Part shown: piece by piece, positions 59,519 through 64,000 of the stretch
Layout: each line of letters starts with the position of its first letter
Numbering within the stretch: the first letter of the stretch is position 1
NCBI RefSeq assembly: GCF_035084215.1
Contig: NC_090338.1
Location: forward strand, 8,122,001-8,186,000
Reading direction: 5' to 3'
Length of the DNA: 64,000 nucleotides
Source: Heptranchias perlo
Taxonomy: Eukaryota
Program-made: the position numbers and the translations under genes
Notes under the pieces: model-generated
What the model saw: only the letters and a program-made list of their open reading frames with translations
Database searches by the model: none
What the model was told of the DNA's origin: nothing

Positions 59519-61858
59519 TGAGCCAGCATGTAGAAAGTCCTACAAGAGAGGGGGCGGTACTGGACCTAATTCTAGGGAATGTGGCCGTCCAAGTGGAAGA
59601 AGTGCTAGCAGGTGAGCACTTTGGTGACAGTGACCATAATTCGGTGAGATTTAAGGTGGTTATGGAAAAGGACAGGGAGGGGCCGGAAATAAAGTTTCTA
59701 AATTGGGGAAGGCCGATTTTAATAGGATAAGGCAGGATCTGGCCAAAATGGACTGGGATCAGCTGCTTGTAGGAAAATCCGCATCGGAGCAATGGGAGTC
59801 TTTCAGAAGGGAGATTGAGACCATACAATGGCAACATGTTCCCGTAAAGGTCAAGGGTGGTTCCAAGAACTCCAGGGAACCTTGGATGTCAGGGGATATA
59901 CGAGAATGGATTAGGAAAAATAGAGGAGTACAAAAAGTGCAGGGGGATACTTAAAAAAGAAATTAGGAGATCAAGGAGGGGCCATGAAATAACACTGGCG
60001 AGCAAAATAAAGGAAAATCCTAAGATGTTTTACAAGTATATTAAGGGTAAGAGGATGACTTGGGAAAAAATAGGGCCCATTAGGGACAAAAATGGCAATC
60101 TGTGTGTGGAGCCGGCAGATGTAGGAGGGGTTCTAAATGAATTTTTTGCATCTGTTTTCACTATGGAGAAGGACGACGTAGACATAGAAATACGGCAGGG
60201 GGACTGTGATATACTCGAACATATTAACATCGAGCGGGAGGAGGTATTGGTGGTTTTAGCAGGCCTAAAAATGGATAAATCCCCAGGCCCGGACGAAATG
60301 TATCCCAGGCTACTGTGTGAGGCAAAGGAGGAGATTGCGGGGGCTCTAACACATATATTCAGAACCTCTCTGGCCACAGGGGATGTGCCAGAGGACTGGA
60401 GAACCGCTAATGTAGTACCATTATTCAAGAAGGGGAGTAGGGAAAAACCGGGGAACTACAGGCCAGTGAGCCTAACATCAGTGGTAGGAAAATTATTGGA
60501 AAAAATTCTGAAGGACAAAATTAGTCTCCACTTGGAGAAGCAAGGGTTAATCAGGGATAGACAACATGGCTTTGTCAAGGGAAGATCATGTCTGACTAAT
60601 TTGATTGAATTTTTTGAGGGGGTGACTCGGCGTATGGATGAGGGTAACACAGTGGATGTGGTATACATGGATTTCAGTCAGGCCTTCGATAAAGTCCCGC
60701 ACAGGAGACTGGTCAAGAAGGTACGAGCCCATGGAGTCCAGGGTGCCTTGGCACTTTGGATACAAAACTGGCTTAGTGGCAGAAGGCAGAGGGTGCTGGT
60801 CGAAGGTTGTTTTTGTGACTGGAAGCCTGTGGCCAGTGGGATACCACAGGGATCGGTGCTGGGTCCCTTGCTGTTTGTGGTCTACATTAATGACTTGGAT
60901 ATGAATGTAAAAGGTATGATCAGTAAGTTCGCGGATGATACAAAAATTGGTAGGGTGGTAAATAGCGAGGAGGATGGCCTCAGTCTGCAGGACGATATAG
61001 ATGGGTTGGTCAGATGGGCGGAACAGTGGCAAATGGAATTTAACCCGGAAAAGTGCGAGGTGATGCACTTTGGAGGGACTAACAAGGCAAAGGAATACAC
61101 AATGAATGGGAGGACCCTAGGCAAGACAGAGGGTCAGAGGGATCTTGGTGTGCAAGTTCACAGATCCCTGAAGGCGGCGGAACAGGTAGATAAGGTGGTA
61201 AAGAAGGCATATGGGATACTTGCCTTTATTAGCCGAGGCATAGAATATAAGAGCAAGGAGGTTATGATGGAGCTGTATAAAACACTGGTTAGGCCACAGC
61301 TGGAGTACTGTGTGCAGTTCTGGTCGCCACTCTACAGGAAGGATGTGATCGCTTTGGAGAGGGTGCAGAGGAGATTCACCAGGATGTTACCAGGGCTGGA
61401 GCGCTTCAGCTATGAAGAGAGACTGGGAAGATTGGGTTTGTTTTCCTTGGAGCAGAGGAGGCTGAGGGGGGACATGATTGAGGTGTACAAAATTATGAGG
61501 GGCACAGATATGATGGATACTAAGGAGCCTTTTCCCTTCGTTGAGGGTTCTATAACAAGGGGACATAGATTCAAGGTAAAAGGCAGGAGGTTTAGAGGGG
61601 ATTTGAGAAAGAACTTTTTCACCCAGAGGGTGGTTGGAGTCTGGAACTCACTGCCTGAAAGGGTTGTGGAGGCAGGAACCCTCACAACATTCAAGAAGCA
61701 TTTGGATGAGCAATTGAAATGCCTTAGCATACAAGGCTACGGACAAAATGCTGGAATATGGGATTAGAGCAGACAGGGCTTGATGGCCGGCGCGGACACG
61801 ATGGGCCGAAGGGCCTCTATCCGTGGTGTATAACTCTATGACTCTATGACTCTCTATG
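59519..61858 (+). mobile_element. Young 5'-truncated CR1-clade LINE
   Basis: Starts in the endonuclease C-terminus (PTREGAVLDLILGN..FGDSDH) and ends in (ACTCTATG)n. It is inserted in TCATCCT|TATGTTCAAA, which is uninterrupted at 22686-22702. Confidence 0.95.
59857..61767 (+). CDS. CR1 ORF2 remnant: intact reverse transcriptase and C-terminal domain (no genuine start; upstream part frameshifted)
   Basis: KSPGPD, NYRPVSLTS, QHGF, YMDFSQAFDKV, PQGSVLGP, FADDTK, RPQLEYC; no internal stop over ~1.9 kb. Confidence 0.85.
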   Translation: MVPRTPGNLGCQGIYENGLGKIEEYKKCRGILKKEIRRSRRGHEITLASKIKENPKMFYKYIKGKRMTWEKIGPIRDKNGNLCVEPADVGGVLNEFFASVFTMEKDDVDIEIRQGDCDILEHINIEREEVLVVLAGLKMDKSPGPDEMYPRLLCEAKEEIAGALTHIFRTSLATGDVPEDWRTANVVPLFKKGSREKPGNYRPVSLTSVVGKLLEKILKDKISLHLEKQGLIRDRQHGFVKGRSCLTNLIEFFEGVTRRMDEGNTVDVVYMDFSQAFDKVPHRRLVKKVRAHGVQGALALWIQNWLSGRRQRVLVEGCFCDWKPVASGIPQGSVLGPLLFVVYINDLDMNVKGMISKFADDTKIGRVVNSEEDGLSLQDDIDGLVRWAEQWQMEFNPEKCEVMHFGGTNKAKEYTMNGRTLGKTEGQRDLGVQVHRSLKAAEQVDKVVKKAYGILAFISRGIEYKSKEVMMELYKTLVRPQLEYCVQFWSPLYRKDVIALERVQRRFTRMLPGLERFSYEERLGRLGLFSLEQRRLRGDMIEVYKIMRGTDMMDTKEPFPFVEGSITRGHRFKVKGRRFRGDLRKNFFTQRVVGVWNSLPERVVEAGTLTTFKKHLDEQLKCLSIQGYGQNAGIWD

Positions 61859-63937
61859 TTCAAATTTCTTCAAGGCGTTCCTCTTCCCTATTGCTGCAAC
61901 CTCCTTCACCTCTACAATCTCCATCCCAGGATATACATTCCATCGACTCTGGCCTCCATTTCAGATCCTTCCCTTCACCCATGCCCCCACCACCATTGCG
62001 GCTGTGCCTTCAGCCACCAAGGTCCAACATGCCGAAAGTGTATCACTATGTCCCCCTATATCTGCTCATCCAAGATCCTCACTAAACCTCACCTTTTTGT
62101 CCAACTTTTGGTCACACCTTCTTGTTGCCACCTCTTTGTCTAAGCCACCATTTTTTTAACGATTACGCCCTCGGACATTTTGCATGACAAAAACCTAATA
62201 AATGCAGGGTGTTGCTGTTCACCTTTCCTATTCTCCAGAACAGTTGAACATATGAAAATTGAAAAAAGTCAATCATTTCAGGTATAATTTTGATCTGGTT
62301 ATGCAACCGCGAATCGAAGGTGACTTTTATTAATGTAAATTGTCAATTTAAACTCTCTGCAAAGCTGAAGGATTGACATGTTCTGAACAGTGGAGAATGT
62401 AGTCAGAGCCAGAAGCTTGATCTGTGAACAGAAAAGCGAATAGCACTGAATTTACGCTTTGGCAATTGGACGCAAACTGCGCCCGAAAATTGGGCTGGCT
62501 GGGTTAACATAAATGCATTAACATAATCACAATTATAAAATGTTCCAAGAATCAGTGCAATCCGCAGTTTAACAGAGCGCAATAGTTCATTATTGAATAT
62601 GTGTCTAAGAGTGGTAACCTGCCGAATTTTATTAATATTAATATGTAAAACTTTCCAAACGTGCCTACTATTGTGCCGGCGCATCAGAAACCCTTCAAAA
62701 AGTTTTCATAATTTTGCTTGACATCTCTTTCAGAACATACTTTACAGCCTCTGCTATTTTTGAAGGGCGCAGCACAGAGAGTGGAACAATCTGCGCTGCA
62801 GTTTCCACCTCGATGACTCAGAACATCTTAATGAATCAACGCACTTTCTGGTCTCTATAGCTGAGAATCAGATTTTTGTCACAGCAATATACACAATTCT
62901 TCGTCACACTTTCAGTCACAAAATCATAACACTCGTGGTAATTATCGCAAAGAGAAGACGAGGTGCATGGACATCTTCAGCAGTCCATTGCGCTGATATA
63001 GATTGAAATGTAACTAACAGATGGCACTATTTTATCTTGTTGGTGGTAATTTAGCGACGGTTTCTGTGGGCCTTGGAAATAACGAAAATACACATGGAGC
63101 CAAAATAGCTCCCCAGCTCGAAGTTTCGGATTCAGTATCTCCTACAAGATTGAGGATCGGACGACCATAAAGTTCTTCGCCTGAACATAAACCAGTCAAG
63201 TCAACTTGCTAAAGAGACACGATGCTCACCTGTTATTATCTGACTGGAAGAAAGTCATTCTGCCAGTGGAACAAGCATGCTATCTAGTTATGTGATGTTT
63301 TTGTCGGCGGACAACACTTTTTCATATTTTGCATTACTGCACTTGTTCCGAAGGGAAAGTACAACCACACTTTGCTCATAATTAACTTCGTGCAAAATAT
63401 TTGTGAGGAAAATGTACCTGTAATGCATAACCTTAAGTAAAATAAAAAAAAAACATTCTTCCAAAACTCCAATGTTAGCTAGAATTATCCTCGCAAAACG
63501 TATATTGAACGCATCTATTATACAAATGCACTCATTTCATACAAATATTGCCAAATTTATTCAGACCTTGCATGGTGCTTGTGCAGTGTTAGTAATTTCG
63601 GAGATCTATGATTAGGATGTTACGACAGGTAATGTATAAGTTGCGTCAGGTAAATCGTAAGTGCTAGTGAGTAATAATAGACAGTCTATGACTGTCAGGA
63701 TGGCAATATGGCGATAAGCCATCAGCGACTATTGGTGACGTGGAAGATGACGCCAGGAACCGCAGAATTTCGACTGCACATAGTACGTGAAATCGACTTA
63801 AAGAAAAACACGACAAAATAAAATAACATTTTCATGCGTGCTCGTCAGCATAATTTTAATTGTACACTCGTAAATATAACTTTCGGTACATTATAAAGAA
63901 TTTCGAAACAGTCGAGCTTCAAGAATAGTTGTTGGAG

Positions 63938-63976
63938 GTACTGGTTGAGGTTCTTCGTGTCACTCTCTACCAATGA
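63938..63976 (+). promoter_or_regulatory. Degenerate cPcdh CSE of the next slot-A locus (A4; gene body beyond window)
   Basis: GTACTGGTTGAGGTTCTTCGTGTCACTCTCTACCAATGA, with CACT at 63961-63964. Confidence 0.72.
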
Positions 63977-64000
63977 GGAGATGAGACGCTGCAAGAGATC

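Larger units (their letters stand above)
58570..62215 (+). mobile_element. Decayed L2 LINE (unit 3 copy), split by the young CR1 at 59519-61858
   Basis: Colinear with 21555-23060 on both sides of the insertion. Confidence 0.7.
46586..64000 (+). repeat. Tandem segmental unit 3 (incomplete at window end)
   Basis: Colinear copy with a private 2.3-kb CR1 insertion, a ~630-bp deletion at 62245/62246 and a 50-bp tandem duplication at 56964-57062. Confidence 0.95.

Overview
Vertebrate genomic DNA, most likely from a cartilaginous fish (inferred from shark-type CR1, L2, Deu-domain SINE and Penelope-like repeats). It is part of a clustered-protocadherin (cPcdh) array, with all genes on the + strand. 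The window is built from a two-gene cassette, slot A plus slot B, arranged A1-B1-A2-B2-A3-B3-(A4 promoter). The last three cassettes form a young tandem array with a period of about 18.2-18.4 kb. B1 (12707-15100) and B3 (49281-51674) are intact 797-aa single-ORF protocadherins with signal peptide, six cadherin repeats, TM segment and short tail. B2 has one in-frame TAA just before the TM segment and could encode a soluble six-EC ectodomain. Every visible A slot is dead: A1 is a full-length frameshifted pseudogene, and A2/A3 are ~190-bp stubs behind a retained promoter whose CGCT core has become CACT. Each full-length gene's reading frame stops within the variable exon (Pcdh-beta-like), yet a donor-like GTAAGT/GTAATT sits 77-79 nt after the stop. 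The spacers are mostly LINE debris: nested CR1 and a second LINE family, L2, and one young CR1 with an intact RT ORF. There is also a 147-nt Penelope-type hairpin with a target-site duplication. Repeat family names and boundaries come from recognition by eye, not from database searches.
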